Below are positions 50,799-64,000 of a stretch of DNA of 64,000 bases, piece by piece (positions within the stretch are counted from its first letter, which is position 1; each line of letters opens with the position of its first letter). The notes under the pieces were generated by a model that saw nothing but the letters and a program-made list of their open reading frames with translations, ran no database searches and was not told where the DNA came from. The stretch is from positions 34,224,001 to 34,288,000 of the forward strand of contig NC_042998.1 in assembly GCF_006345805.1 (NCBI RefSeq), written 5' to 3'. The translations under genes and the position numbers were made by a program. This stretch comes from Octopus sinensis. Taxonomy: Eukaryota.

Positions 50799-51270
50799 AT
50801 GGCTGCTCTCGATTATTGGGATCACCTTAAACCCAAGAAACTCTACTCTCTCCAGCGTTGCCGTGAGCGGTACATCATTTGTACGATGTGGAGAATATAC
50901 TGCCAACTTTGCCCAAACGACCTGAACATTAGCTTCGAGGTTCATCCAAGACTGGGACCACGGGCCATATGTCCCCTGCCCAATTCAAGATCACAGCATA
51001 CATGTACACTACAACATAATTTCTTTTCCTCAACAGGCCCTGCCCTATTTAACATTGTTCCGAAAGAGATCAAAGAGGAAAGGGATCCCATCAACTTTAA
51101 ATGGAGTCTGGATAAAGTCCTTCAAGGAATACCAGATAAGCCATCCATAATTGGATACAACTCACCCAACAAAAACTCACTACTTGAATGGACCATAAAC
51201 AAAACTTGACTTAAACAGGATTTAGATAATCCTATCAGGTGGTGCTATTAAGTTAGACATGGCCTGGACC
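50799..51270 (+). mobile_element. CR1/L2-group LINE 3' fragment
   Basis: LDYWDHLK..KLYSLQRCRERY..GPALFNIVPKEI..FKWSLDKVLQGIPDKP resembles the CR1-group ORF2 C-terminus. Confidence 0.85.
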
Positions 51271-52137
51271 AATCTTTGGTCGAAATATATCCAAGTTTTT
51301 ATGTATGTACTCACCAATGCAAGCGATCTTACATGACACCGACACAAGTGTTTTTTTTTTATGTGGCACCAGTACACACCAGAGTGAATAGTCTTAACAG
51401 TTCTGCTGTGGAAGATAGGTCTTACAAATATAAATACTCTTTTACTCTTTTTTTACTCTTTTACTTGTTTCAGTCATTCGACTGCGGCCATGCTGGAGCA
51501 CCACCTTTTAGTACTTATTCTATCGGTCTCTTTTTGCCGAACCGCTAAGTGACGGGGACCTAAACACACCAGCATCGGTTGTCAAGCAATGCTAGGGGGA
51601 CAAACACAGACACACAAACACACACACATATACATATATATACATATATACGACAGGCTTCTTTCAGTTTCCGTCTACCAAATCCACTCACAAGGCATTG
51701 GTCGGCCCGGGGCTATAGCAGAAGACACTTGCCCAAGATGCCACGCAGTGGGACTGAACCCGCAACCGTGTGGTTGGTTAGCAAGCTACTTACCACACAG
51801 CCACTCCTGCGCATACATGTTTATTCTTAAGCAAGAATTTTGTTGACAGTGACTAAAAAGTTCCAACCATTGTTGGACTGCAATCAGTCTTGGCATTATA
51901 CATTCACTGTTGGACTAAAGTATTCCTTGGGTGTGTGGATTTAAGAAAGGTGGTAATTCAGTTTTTGGGTGGATTGTTATGAAGAGATGTGTTGGAGAAA
52001 TTTTTATTGATTAATTTTGGGCTTCCGTTATTGCTTAGATTTTATGCATGTATGTTGAACTTTGAGTATATGTGTCCTTTTGCTAGGTAGGCACAGGATG
52101 TCTTAGTAGTTTAGTTATTTTATCAGTATATACATAC

Positions 52138-52168
<31 letters not shown>

Positions 52169-52677
52169 GGAACAAAGAGATAACACCAGAAAAAAACAAA
52201 GGGTATGTAATAGACTTCATTAGCTTACACTTGGTTCTCCTATAAGATGTGGTGATCTGTTGGCCTCCCTATGCTTACTTGAAATATTAATCATCATCAT
52301 AATCATCATCATCATTTAGCGTCCGCTTTCCATGCTAGCATGGGTTGGACGGTTCAACTGGCGTCTGGGAAGCCAGAAGGCTGCACCAGGCCCAGTCTGA
52401 TCTGGCAATGTTTCTACGGCTGGATGCCCTTCCTAACGCCAACCACTCCATGAGTGTAGTGGGTGCTTTTTACGTGCCAGACGAGGCTGGCAAACGGCCA
52501 CGATCAGATGGTGCTTTTTACGTGCCACCGGCATGGGGACCAGGCGAGGCTGGCAATGTCCACGATCAGATAGTACTTTTTACGTGCCACCAGCACGGAG
52601 GCCCGGCGGGGCGACGCTGGCAATGGCCATATTCGGATGGTTCGCTTACGTAGCTGTGATACCAGATATATATAATA

Positions 52678-52708
<31 letters not shown>

Positions 52709-52710
52709 TA

Positions 52711-53845
52711 ACTGCTAGAATAAGAATAGCCTGGGCAAAGTTTAGGGAGCTCTTACCTCTGCTGGTGACTAAAGGCCTCTCGCTCAGAGTAAAAGGCAGA
52801 CTGTATGATGCATGTGTACGAACAGCTATGCTACATGGCAGTGAAACATGGGCCGTGACTGCTGAGGACATGCGTAAGCTCGTGAGGAACGAAGCCAGTA
52901 TGCTCCGATGGATGTGTAATGTCAGTGTACTTACTCGACAGAGCGTTAGTACCTTGAGAGAAATGTTGTACCTAAGAAGCATCAGTTGTTGTGTGCAAGA
53001 GAGACGATTGCGCTGGTATGGTCATGTGGCGAGAATGGATGAAGATAGGTGTGTGAGAAAGTGCCAATCCCTAGCAGTTGAGGGAACCCGTGGAAGAGGT
53101 AGACCCAGGAAAACCTGGGACGAAGTGGTGAAGCACGACCTTCGGACGTTAGGTCTCACCATGGAAATGACTAGAGACCAAGACCTATGGAAGTATGCTG
53201 TGCGTGAGAAGACCCGGCAAGACTAGTGAAGCCATAATCCGTGGCCCCTACCTGGGACGTAGTCAGTCCACCTGTGCATACCTTCCTTCTTGTGACACTT
53301 GTGAAGACCTGTTGAGGCAAGTGAGAATCGAATCAAATCAAATCAAATCGAACCAAATCAAAATAGATGAACATCAATGGAATTTGTATCCTTGTGGTAC
53401 CAGTGCCGGTGGCACATAAGAAAACCATCCGAACGTGATCGTAGCCAGTACCGCAACGACTGGCCTCCATGCTGAGGGCACGTAACAAACACCATCCGAG
53501 CGTGGCCGTCCGCCAGCCCCGTCTGGCACCTGTGTCGGTGACACATAAGAAAACACCATCCGAGCGTGGCCGTCAGCCAGCCTCGTCTGGCACCTGTGTC
53601 GGTGGCACATAAAAAACACCATCCGAGCGTGGCCGTCTGCCAGCCTCGTCTGGCACCTGTGTCGGTGGCACATAAAATCACCCACTACACTCTCGGAGTG
53701 GTTGGCGTTAAGAAGGGCATCCAGCTGTAGAAACACTGCCAGATCTGACTGGCCTGGTGCAGCCTTCGGGCTTGCCAGACCCCAGTTGAACCGTCCAACC
53801 CATGCTAGCATGGAAAGCGGACGTTAAACGATGATGATGATGATG
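52711..53845 (+). mobile_element. 5'-truncated RTE LINE: ORF2 C-terminus (52711-53226), 3' UTR with (AATCA)n, ~5 tandem 60-bp units and (GAT)n tail
   Basis: [40 protein letters not shown]; same family as 18894-19610; shows that family C is this LINE's 3' UTR. Confidence 0.92.
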
Positions 53846-53851
53846 ATGATG

Positions 53852-53882
<31 letters not shown>

Positions 53883-54264
53883 AGTTTGTGTGTGTGTTAA
53901 AATATATATAATATATATAAATTAAAATATATACACACATACACACACACATATACATATATATATATGCATGTTTGTATGTATATATGTATATATAATA
54001 TACACAGTTTACCAAAGAGCTGCTAATAGTTTCATGCTTTAATGATACAACAAATTGGCAGTCTTTCTGGCTCAGTGCTTATTGTTAGATGTATTCAAGA
54101 ACCAGGACACTGGTCTGTGTGAAAAGATGAGAGAGACAAGAGAAGGATGAAAGGCAAAGTATGTTTGCATGTGTATGTACGTATGTATGTATGAATGTAT
54201 GTATGTGTGTGTATATATATATATGTATATGTATGTATGAGCGTGTATGTGTGTGTGTATATTC

Positions 54265-55070
54265 TTTTATTCTTATACTTGTTTCAGTCATTTGACTGCG
54301 GCCATGCTGGGCACAACCTCTTTAGTCGAGCAAATCGACCCCAGGACTTATTCTTTGTAAGCCCAGTACTTATTCTATCTGTTTCTTTTGCTGAACTGCT
54401 AAGTTACGGGGGATGTAAACACACCAGCATCCATTGTCAAGCGATGCTGGGGGACAAATTGAGACACACAAACATCGACACACGCACACACACACTTACA
54501 TATGCGACAGGCTTCTTTCAGTTTCCATCTACCAAATCCACTCACAAGGCTTTGGTTGGCCTGAGGCTATAGTTGAAGACATTAGCCCAAGGTGCCATGC
54601 AGTGGGACTGAACCCAGAGCCATGTGGTTGGTAAGCAAGCTACTTACCACATATAAATATATATAGGTGCAGGAGTGGCTGTGTGGTAAGTAGCTTGCTA
54701 ACCAACTACATGGTTCCGGGTTCTGTCCCACTGCATGGCATCTTGGGTAAGTGTCTTCTGCTATAGCCCCAGGCCGACCAATGCCTTGTGAGTGGATTTG
54801 GTAGACGGAAACTGAAAGAAGCCTGTTATGTATGTATATATATATGTGTGTGTGTCTGTGTTTGTCCCCCTAGCATTGCTTGACAACCGATGCTGGTATG
54901 TTTACGTCTCCGTCACTTAGCAGTTCGGCAAAAGAAACTGATAGAATAAGTACTGGGCTTACAAAGAATAAGTCCCGGGGTCGATTTGCTCGACTAAAGG
55001 CGGTGCTCCAGCATGGCCGCAGTCAAATGACTGAAACAAGTAAAAGAGTAAAGAGTAAGAGTATACATAC
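54265..55070. mobile_element. Head-to-head pair of family A SINEs (- 54265-54650, + 54670-55070)
   Basis: Two near-complete copies ~20 bp apart in opposite orientation. Confidence 0.85.
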
Positions 55071-56245
55071 ATATATGTGTGTCTATACACATATGTGTGT
55101 CTATATATATATACATCTGTGTGTGTGCGTATGTACATGCATGGATGCATGCATGTGTATGTGTGTGTGTTGTGCAACCCATGCCAGCATGGATAATGCA
55201 CATTAAATTATGATGTTGATGATGATGATGATGATGATGATAAAAATGTGGATTATATGGATTTAAAATAAGTTTATTAAATTACAGGAATATTATTATT
55301 CGATTGCTAGTAACTTGTTTTGAAAAACTTGACCAAAGTAAAAAAAAAAGAAAAACCCTTCCCAATTTATGTTTTGAAAGTGAGATTTGCCGAAAGGGGA
55401 AAAAAAAATGTATTTTGCCAAATGAAACAATTTCCCTTTTACATTCACCGAAAAAGTTTGAATGTTTATGAGTTTCTTTTGGAATTTAATTTAATATGAC
55501 AGTTTTGAAATAGCATTTAGAGTAGACCTTGTAGATTTTTGTCTCTGATTATCACCTTTTTTATGAGACTGTTTTATTATCAGCAATCATTTGTAACATT
55601 TACTTAACAGAATATATTTTTATTAATAGAAATTGTGTTTGGATCCATGAGGCCAGAAGTCTAATTTCGATATGGCAAAATAATTATTCTCGCTCATGAA
55701 TATAGATAAAATATTATCAACAAATGCAGAGTGTATCAGAAGCAATTTTGAAAAATAATAAAGAAAAAAAACACACACAAAACAAGATTAAAATTAATGA
55801 ATATGTCAAATGAAATTTGTGTTTTGAATTTTATGGAATTGTTAATAAACTATTAAAATAACGATAAATAAATAAAAACCCATTTCCATTTACATTGTAA
55901 TCAGCTGCATCACAGTGTGTGAATCAACAATAAAACAGACTGGTGTTGCTATCAGTAGATAATGCACACATGAAGGAAATGCTACATGTTTCCATTGGTT
56001 ACTTTGTGCACCGAAATGCACTCTGCTGAATGCTATACTCTCTTTGCTTACTTGTTTCAGTCATTTGACTGCGGCCATGCTGGAGCACCGCCTTTAGTCG
56101 AGCAAATCGACCCCCGGGACTTATTCTTTGTAAGCCCAGTACTTATTCTATCGGTCTCTTTTTGCCGAACTGCTAAGTGACGGGGACGTAAACACACCAG
56201 CATCGGTTGTCAAGCAATGCTAGGGGGACAAACACAGACACACAA

Positions 56246-56278
<33 letters not shown>

Positions 56279-56459
56279 CAATAGGCTTCTTTCAGTTTCC
56301 ATCTACCAAATCCACTCACAAGGCTTTGGTCGGCCTGAGGCTATAGCAGAAGACACTTGCCCAAGGTGCCACGCAGTGGGACTGAACCCGGAACCATGTG
56401 GCTGGTTAGCAAGCTACTTACCACACAGCTACTCCTGCACTATAGTATTTTTTTTTTTT

Positions 56460-56790
56460 CATTTTCATTTTCATTTCATCTAGTTTCAGCTTACGAGCTG
56501 TGGCCATGCTGGGGCACCGCCATTCGATGTTGCTACATGATTTTACTTCACGAATGCTTTTTAGCAATTGACAATTTGGTGCATGAGAGAGTTTGATGCA
56601 GCTGCCCTCATCTGCACCTCCTGCCTTGAAGTTGGTTGATCTGGGACACTGACAAGAAGAGGTCCAGCTTTATTTTAAAGACATCTGCATCCACCCCATG
56701 CAGGTCACTCAGGTCCTTCAGGAGGATTTTGAAGAGCTGTGGAGTATGGCAAATAAGAGGAGTGTTTCAGAAAATGAGTGTTGGGGTTGG
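56460..56790 (-). mobile_element. CR1-group LINE 3' fragment
   Basis: Reverse complement encodes QLFKILLKDLSDLHGVDADVFKIKLDLFLS..EVQMRAAASNSL, homologous to 58070-58240. Confidence 0.75.
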
Positions 56791-56816
56791 CATTGGTATT
56801 GTTGCCATTATTTACA

Positions 56817-57035
56817 CCCTTTAGCATTCAGATTAATTTATTAAACGTAATGTTTATGTATCCATATTTTAAAAATTAATCACGTGTTATCTTGTAGCTT
56901 CAAGATTTTGAAGATGTAATCATTTAATTTTAGAATGACATTGTAGGGTAGGTGGGAGAGACTGGATCTGGCCAGTTTGAACATAAAACAGGCAGACCAT
57001 TTGGGCCGGATATGACCTGTTTAAATGTTAAAGGG
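56817..57035. mobile_element. piggyBac-like MITE (family of 3770-3995)
   Basis: CCCTTTAGCATT...AATGTTAAAGGG|TTAA. Confidence 0.65.
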
Positions 57036-57702
57036 TTAAACCCTTTAGCATTCAACTATTTTGTCTAATTCAGTGGTTCTCAACCAGCGTCCATATGGCC
57101 CTTGGGTGGGGCCATATAATTCCTCATGATATTTACTTAAGAAAAATTTTCTTTTACTTGTTTCAGTCATTTGACTGCAGCCATGCTGGAACACTGCCTT
57201 AAAGGGTGTTAGTTGAAGAAATCGACCCCAAGACTTATTCTTTGTAAGTCTTGTACTTATCCTATCAATCTCTTTTGCTGAACCACTAAGTTACAGGGAC
57301 ATAAACACACCAGCATCAGTTGTCAAATGATGGCAGGAGGACAAACACAGACACACATACACACAAATATGTATATATATATATATGCGATGGGTTTCTT
57401 TCAGTTTCTGTCTAGCAAATCCACTGACAAGGCTTTGTTCGGCCCGAGGCGATCGTAGGAGACACTTGCTCAAAATGTCATGCAGTGGGACTGAACCTGG
57501 AACCATGTGGTTGGGAAGCAAGCTAGTTACCAAGTAGCAGTTTGGAATAAGAGACCAATAGAATAATTGCCAATCTTAAAAACAAATAAGGACTTGGGTC
57601 AATCCATTTGAGTAAAATTCTTCAAGGTGGTACCCCAGTATGGCCACAGTCTAATGACTGAAAGTAAAAGATAAAAAATAAACAATCAGATAAAGAAACC
57701 AC

Positions 57703-58325
57703 CATGGTCCTCTGGAGGACATTCATCCTCAGCTGCCTGGATTACTGCTCCCAGCTATGGTCATCCAACAGTGTGAAATTAACAGTGGACCTCGAAGCAA
57801 TCTAGTGAAGCTTCACAAAGAAGATCGTCTCTTTGCAGCATCTCACCTACTGGGAAAGGTTGAAACAGCTAAGACTCTACTCCCTGGAGTGAAGGTGGGA
57901 GAGGTATGCAGTAATATACATCTGGAAGATCCTGGAAGGAATTGTGCCAAATTTCGGCATTGAAAGCTACACTAATGCCAGAACAGGTCGACACTGCACG
58001 GTGCTGAAGATTCCAGCAATACCATCGTGCTCCAGGACCAGTTACTGCAACAGCCTGGGTTTCAGGGGCCCTCAGCTTTATAATATTCTCCCAAAGAGCC
58101 TGAGGAACCTGTACAAAGTAGATGTAGGCATTTTTAAATCGAGGCTGGACCGCTTCCTGTCGAGAGTCCCAGATGAACCTGCCTCATGGCAAGAGGTGCA
58201 AATGAGGGTAGCTACATCAAACTCCATTCTTCACCAAGTGTCACATATTAGAGGAGAATCTCAGTAATAACAGTGTAGCAAAACGGTGGTGGTCCAGCAT
58301 GGCCACATCTCTGAGCTGAAACTAC
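57703..58325 (+). mobile_element. CR1-group LINE 3' fragment with 3' UTR
   Basis: LDYCSQLWS..LTYWERLKQLRLYSLE*RWERY..WKILEG..GPQLYNILPKSLR..FKSRLDRFLSRVPDEP. Confidence 0.88.
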
Positions 58326-60745
58326 AAAAAAATGGTCAAAAATTTCAAAATTATTCTTAGCACACTCTGAATATATAACTGTTGAAATCCAAATGCACCA
58401 AGACTATGACTTACCATTAGTAGAAAAAAAAAATCTGCTGGCATAACTCAAATGTGGTAGGATTTTAAAATTTCCATGTAATGAACTTGTCTGAACTTCT
58501 CCATTACTCAAAGCAATCTTTACTACAAAACAGCAACTACACCCATATCTAATTCTCTCAACAGCCATAGCAGATTATGCTTCCAGAATCTATACAGTAA
58601 TTTTTCTTTTGCTCAATCCTTCTTTTCTAGAGTTTCATTTCTCTGGAATTTCTTCTCCACTCATCGCTTCTCACCAACTAATCAGCTGCACCTATTTGAA
58701 CGAAATATTCTCTCAACAAAAAAAGCTTTGAATTCTTCAACAGAAGATTTTCTCTTACTAAATCTTATAAACTAATCTGATGTCTCCAGTGTATGTTTTA
58801 ATCTGCCACTGGTTGAACAAATATCAGCATTGATGACAGTTTTTCAGCATGCATTTACTGGATCATTGTTTTCAAAAACAAGAATAACAAAGGAAGCTTT
58901 GTGTAACTCAGTGCAGAACAAATGCAGCAAGGGACTTTTATTTTGAAAGCACCAATATTTACATCGGTGGTTCTCAACCATTTTTTTTTACCTATGGATC
59001 CCTTTGATTTCTATATTATTCTTCTGGACCCTCATTGCCATTTAACATTTTCTGTTATATTTTTACTTATTCTTTTACTCGTTTCAGATGTTTAATTGTG
59101 GCCAAGCTGGAGCACCACTTTGAAGGGTTTTTAGGGGTACAAATCAAATCAACCCCAGCACTTATTTCTTACACCTAGCGCTTATTCTATTAGTCTCTTT
59201 TGCTGAACTGCTAAGTAAAAGGGAGATAAACACAAAGAAACACACACATTCATTCTTATGTATACATACACATACATATATATACATATATACACATGCA
59301 TACACACACCTGCATTCATATAGATGTCAGTGTATGATGTGATTTGGTGGACAAAGACGGTCACTAGAATTTCCATCAAATTTTGTAGTTTTTGAGCAAC
59401 ATCCTCTGTACCTGACTAGCAAACAATATTTCATTTCTACTCTAGGCACAAGGCCCGAAATTTCTGGGCAGGGAGCCAGTCAATTAGATCAACACCAGTA
59501 TGCAACTGGTACTTAATTTTTCAACCCCGAATGGATGAAAGGTAATATTTCTCAACAGTAGTTGACTGGTAATGTTTCCTCTAAGCTTTCCGTTTGAGTA
59601 CATGCACATCATCATCATCATCATCATCGTTTAACATCCGTTTTCCATGCTAGCATGGGTTCGCCGGTTCGACCGGGGTCTGGGAAGTCAGGAGGCTAGA
59701 CCAGGCTCCAGTCTGATCTGGCAGTGTTTCTACAGCTGGATGCTCTTCATAACGCCAACCACTCCGTAAGTGTAGTGGGTGCTTCTTACATGCCACTAGC
59801 ACAGGTGCCAGGGGAGGCTGACAATGGCCATGATCGGTTGGTGCTTTTTACGTGCCACCGGCAAGCAAATTGTGCACAAAAGAGAAAAGTGTGTGCATGT
59901 GCTTTCAAGCAGAAATTGAGATTTTTTTTTTATTGGAAAAAAATTAATCATATAATTTCATAATAAAATTGTAAATAATATACAAAAATGGCTTGTTCTT
60001 GTTTAAGACAAAATTCAAACACATCCACTGGAAAATATTGATTCCATATTTTGGCACAACGCCAGCAGTTTTAGGGAAGGGGATATGGGGATATGTTAAT
60101 TACATTGAACCCCGCTTCACCTCCAGTGTTCAACTGGTACTTAGTTTATTATTTTATTGGCCCCGAAAGGATGAAAGGTAAATTCAACTTTGGTGGAATT
60201 TAAACACTATCGGAGTGATTGGCATTAGGAAGGGCATCCAGCTGTAGAAACTCTGCCAGATCAGATTGGAGTCTGGTGCAGCCATCTGGTTCGCCAGACC
60301 TCAGTCAAATCGTCCAACCCATGCTAGCATGGAAAGCAGACATTAAACGATGATGATGATGATGTGGAGATGGATGAAATGGTGCTAACCATTTTCCCTG
60401 GCATGATTGTGACTCTGTCACTCACGACATCATCCATTGGAAAATATTAGAGAGAACATTGGTTGCAAGTATCACTTCTTGGATAAAACCGGATGATATC
60501 GTATTAGATACATACTGCTTAAATGAAAGTTGGGTGGTCATGGATGGAATGCTTTTGATCATAAATCTGAAATGTGTTCTGTCCTTGGTCCAAGCACCAG
60601 CACTAACCCCCATAACAATAACCTTTTCTATAACTGTTGTAGTGCTATAACATATTATGATACAATATTAGTGGTTCTTAACCCCGGTCCTTATGGCCCT
60701 TGGGGGTCCATGAAAGATTTTGTTGCTAAAATTTACCTGCATTAA

Positions 60746-61363
60746 CCCTTTCATTACTGTATATATTTTGTGATGCTTTTACTCTTTTACTTGTTTCAGT
60801 CATTTGACTGTGGCCATGCTAGGGCACCACCTTCAGTTGAGCAAATGGACCCCAGAGCTTATTCTTTGTAAGCCTAGTACTTATTCTATTAGTCACTTTT
60901 GCCGAACTGCTAAGTTACACAGATGTAAGCACACCAGCATCGGTTGTCAAGTGATGTTTCAGGGGACAAACACAGACACTCAAACACACAAACACATACA
61001 CACACATACATATACAATGGGCTTCTTTCAGTTTCCGGCTACCAAATCCACTCACAAGGCTTTGGTTGGCCTGAGGCTATAGTAGTAGACACTTGCCCAA
61101 GTTATCATGCAGTGGGACTGAACCTGGGACCATGTGGCTGGTAAGCAAGCTACTTATCACACAGTCACTCTTGCTCTGTGTTTCTTTCAATTACTTTAAA
61201 TATAACAAAGAATTTAGTAAAATAACTTAGTTATCATTAAGCTAGTGTTAGGAACATAAATTGTGACTAAGGTTTGGTGGAAGATTTTAATTCAAAAGTT
61301 ACGAAAACAAGACACTTGTACTGAGAGCCAGAGGTGGTTTCAGCCAGGTTGGTAACAAAAGGG
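60746..61363. mobile_element. piggyBac-like MITE (family of 30736) interrupted by a family A SINE (~60778-61175)
   Basis: TTAA|CCCTTTCATTAC...GGTAACAAAAGGG|TTAA with nested SINE. Confidence 0.75.
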
Positions 61364-62108
61364 TTAAATTGGTTATACTTCTTACAAAATATCTTAGCAA
61401 TTTTTATACAATTCCTACTAATATTCAATAAAAAAAAATACAGTAGGGTTTTTTTCTTTATAGTGAATGGCAATAAAGGTCCTAAAGAGTAAAATCAGAA
61501 TCAAAGGGTTCGATAGGCAAAAATGGTTGAGAGCTATCATACTGTATCAACCAATGAAAAACTAATGATTCCATACTGTTTATTCACAGATCAAAGAAAA
61601 TTTTTATCTTGCTAAAATTGGCACAAGGCTTGCAGTTTTAGGGAAGGGGAAACCATTTAAAAATGTTTTAGAAGTTTTAGGGAAGGGGTAACCATTTTAA
61701 AAAGTAAATCTTATTTTCTACAGGTTTCTTCTCAACTCATCATCATCATTTAACGTCTGTTTTTCATGCTAGCATGGGTTTGACAGGGGTTGGCAAGTCC
61801 AGGAACTACACCTGGTTCTATTGTCTGTTTTGGCATGGTTTCTACAGCTGGATTCCCTTCCTAATGCCAACCACTTCATATGGTACCGGCAGCAGCGGCA
61901 GCAGCAGCAGCAGCCGTCCAAGAATTTGCACCTGGAGATCTCCATTTCCAGCGACTTCGAGGGTCACCTCCCAGTGGTGTTGGGCGTCAACAAAGAGCCC
62001 TTGACTACAACAAGACAACCAAAGTTCTTTTTTTTTTTCCAAGGTCTGGGGTCTCCTGCCCCTAAGACCTAGACCATCACCTAATTGCCCTTACTCATCT
62101 CGTTGCTT

Positions 62109-62157
<49 letters not shown>

Positions 62158-62869
62158 CAACAACAACAACAGCAGCAGCAGCAATACTTTTTACATGACA
62201 CCATCTAAAATATCATGAAATTCTCAAACATTTTGAAATTTATTTCTTTGAATGATTATTCAACAATTCATATCAAAAAGTTGAATAAAAAAGACACCAA
62301 AAATCTTTAAATATGTCACGATATCTGGCAGAATGTTAAGCCATCCAAGAGAATGCTATGACATCTGGTAGAAAAACTCAGCATTCATTTAACATAATCC
62401 ATGTAAAGAAACATGAGCTTATTTTCTAGAGCTGAAGTGATTTTTTTTCTCTTGAGGTTATCAGTGGTAAATCGGCAGAATTGTTAGCGCAATATTTAAT
62501 CTGGTTCTCTGAGACTGAATTACTTCCTTCCAGGGTTTGGGAATATCAAATGCTGATTTCTCTCCCTCTCTTTCTCTCTCTCTCTCAAAAGCAGTTGCAT
62601 CATGTGAATACCATGGGTTGGGGTGGGGGGGGGGGCACTCATGGTGTCTTTTTTTCCAGAAATGGTAAAGTCTTGAGTGAGGGTTAGCAATTGCTGTTTG
62701 TGGGAAGACATGCATTATTGAAACAATGGAAAAATGAACCAATGTGTTGAAGCATGAAATATAAATAATAATGAAAGAAGAAACATAAAGCACCAATTCC
62801 ATATTTGGATTCCTGCATTTTGTTCAATAGCTAAAACAGAAGTGGGCATTTATGTATATGGCATGCAGT

Positions 62870-63270
62870 TTCTAGATAAATCTAGCTCAAATTCCACCAT
62901 GGTTGACATTGCCTTTCATCCTTTCGAGGTCAATAAATTAAGTACCAGTTGCGTATTGGGGTTGATCTAATCGACTGGCACCCTCCCCCAAAATTTCGGG
63001 CCTTGTGCCTAGAGTAGAAAAGAATATCTAGATAAATCCACCATGAGCCAAAGAGGAAGCCTCTATCTGGTTGACTTGCTAAAAATGGTAACCAAATCTC
63101 CCTTGAATTACACCCTACCATCTTAAATAAATGAAGGACATATAGGATAATGCAATCCAATAATAAATTATGTCTGAAGTACAATAAGGAACTATATCTG
63201 AAAATAAAATGGGATGGTCAAAGCTGGAATGCTTTTGACCAAACATTTGTTCAATCAGGCTAAACAACAT
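62870..63270 (+). mobile_element. Family B SINE plus an old associated tail found in many degraded copies
   Basis: TTGCCTTTCATCCTTTCGAGGTCAATAAATTAAGTACC module; tail GATGGTCAAAGCTGGAATG resembles ~40110-40330 and ~60420-60560. Confidence 0.6.
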
Positions 63271-63784
63271 CTCTCAGCTAATTACTTTTGGATGTCTACT
63301 TAAATTTATTCTATTTGAATTGAAAATATGAAAGATTGTGGCTATATTGAAGTTGTATGAAACCCAACCAGGCTGACATTGCTATCATTCAGTTGTCCAA
63401 CTTAGGAGTTCTCCCAAGAGCTGTTAACCTCATAATCATCTGACAGCAAGCGAAGGCCCGTGTCTAGTGGTTAGAGTGTTACACTCATGATTGTAATTTA
63501 AATTCCAGCAGTGGGCAGTGCATTGTGTTCATGAACGAAACCTTTCCATTGCTCCTGTCAACTACTCAACCATACGAGAATAAACCCTGCACTGCACCAG
63601 CAACTGGTTCAGGAGGACATGTTGTGACCCCATTCATTTATGCACTATGGAAACCAGGTAAACTTGCCCCATCGGTCCGGATACTCAAGGCAGTTTTGAC
63701 CAGCAAAACTAATTATATTCTAATTCAGAATTAACCCATTTTCTCTACATCGCCATCATCATTACCACCACCACCGCCGCCATC

Positions 63785-63815
<31 letters not shown>

Positions 63816-64000
63816 ATTAATGTCCGTGTGGGCATTTTTTTTTTGGGGATGGTTTGACAGGAGCTGGCAAGGCTGGACAGCTGCACCAGGTTCCATTGTC
63901 TGTTTTAGCATAGTTTCTACACCTGGATACCCTTCCTAATACCAACAACTTTACAGAGTGTACTGGGTGCTTTTTACGTGGTACCATCAACAGTGCTTTT

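Noticed and set aside
51579-51846. Recurrent 60-110 aa ORFs (MSSNARG.., MPKVPRSG.., FDCGHAGAPP..)
   Set aside because: Translations of SINE family A; they recur wherever the SINE does
58400-58850. Possible pogo/Tigger transposase remnant (TLETSD*FIRFSKRK)
   Set aside because: Only a weak resemblance to the CENP-B HTH motif with many stops; cannot support it

Overview
Eukaryotic, AT-rich, repeat-saturated DNA. The SINE/LINE families and microsatellite density look like an Octopus (coleoid cephalopod) genome; this is an inference from repeat motifs, not a database match. I recognise no host protein-coding gene, and most ORF-track entries are microsatellite or SINE artefacts. The supportable coding sequence is all transposon-derived: a near-complete Penelope-like retroelement (44.8-49.4 kb; RT + GIY-YIG, Neptune-type Cys linker, inverted pseudo-LTRs, extra upstream ORF), RTE-clade LINE 3' ends, CR1/L2-like 3' ends, an R4/Dong-like C-terminus and a Chapaev3-like transposase fossil. 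The rest is dozens of tRNA-derived SINEs, piggyBac- and hAT-like MITEs and micro/minisatellites. The strongest signal is four distinct repeat families carrying minimal type-I hammerhead ribozyme folds. Across them the tertiary 3-8 core pair appears as C-G, U-A and G-C, and one family is fused to a tRNA-like Pol III head. Also notable are a multi-hairpin module with compensatory changes shared by a 351-bp palindrome and a solo locus, a CpG-rich 36.5-37.7 kb island with promoter signatures at both ends, and two SINE-LINE partner pairs visible within the window. All folds were worked out by hand, and repeat boundaries are approximate (about +/-10-20 bp) unless defined by a TSD or TIR.
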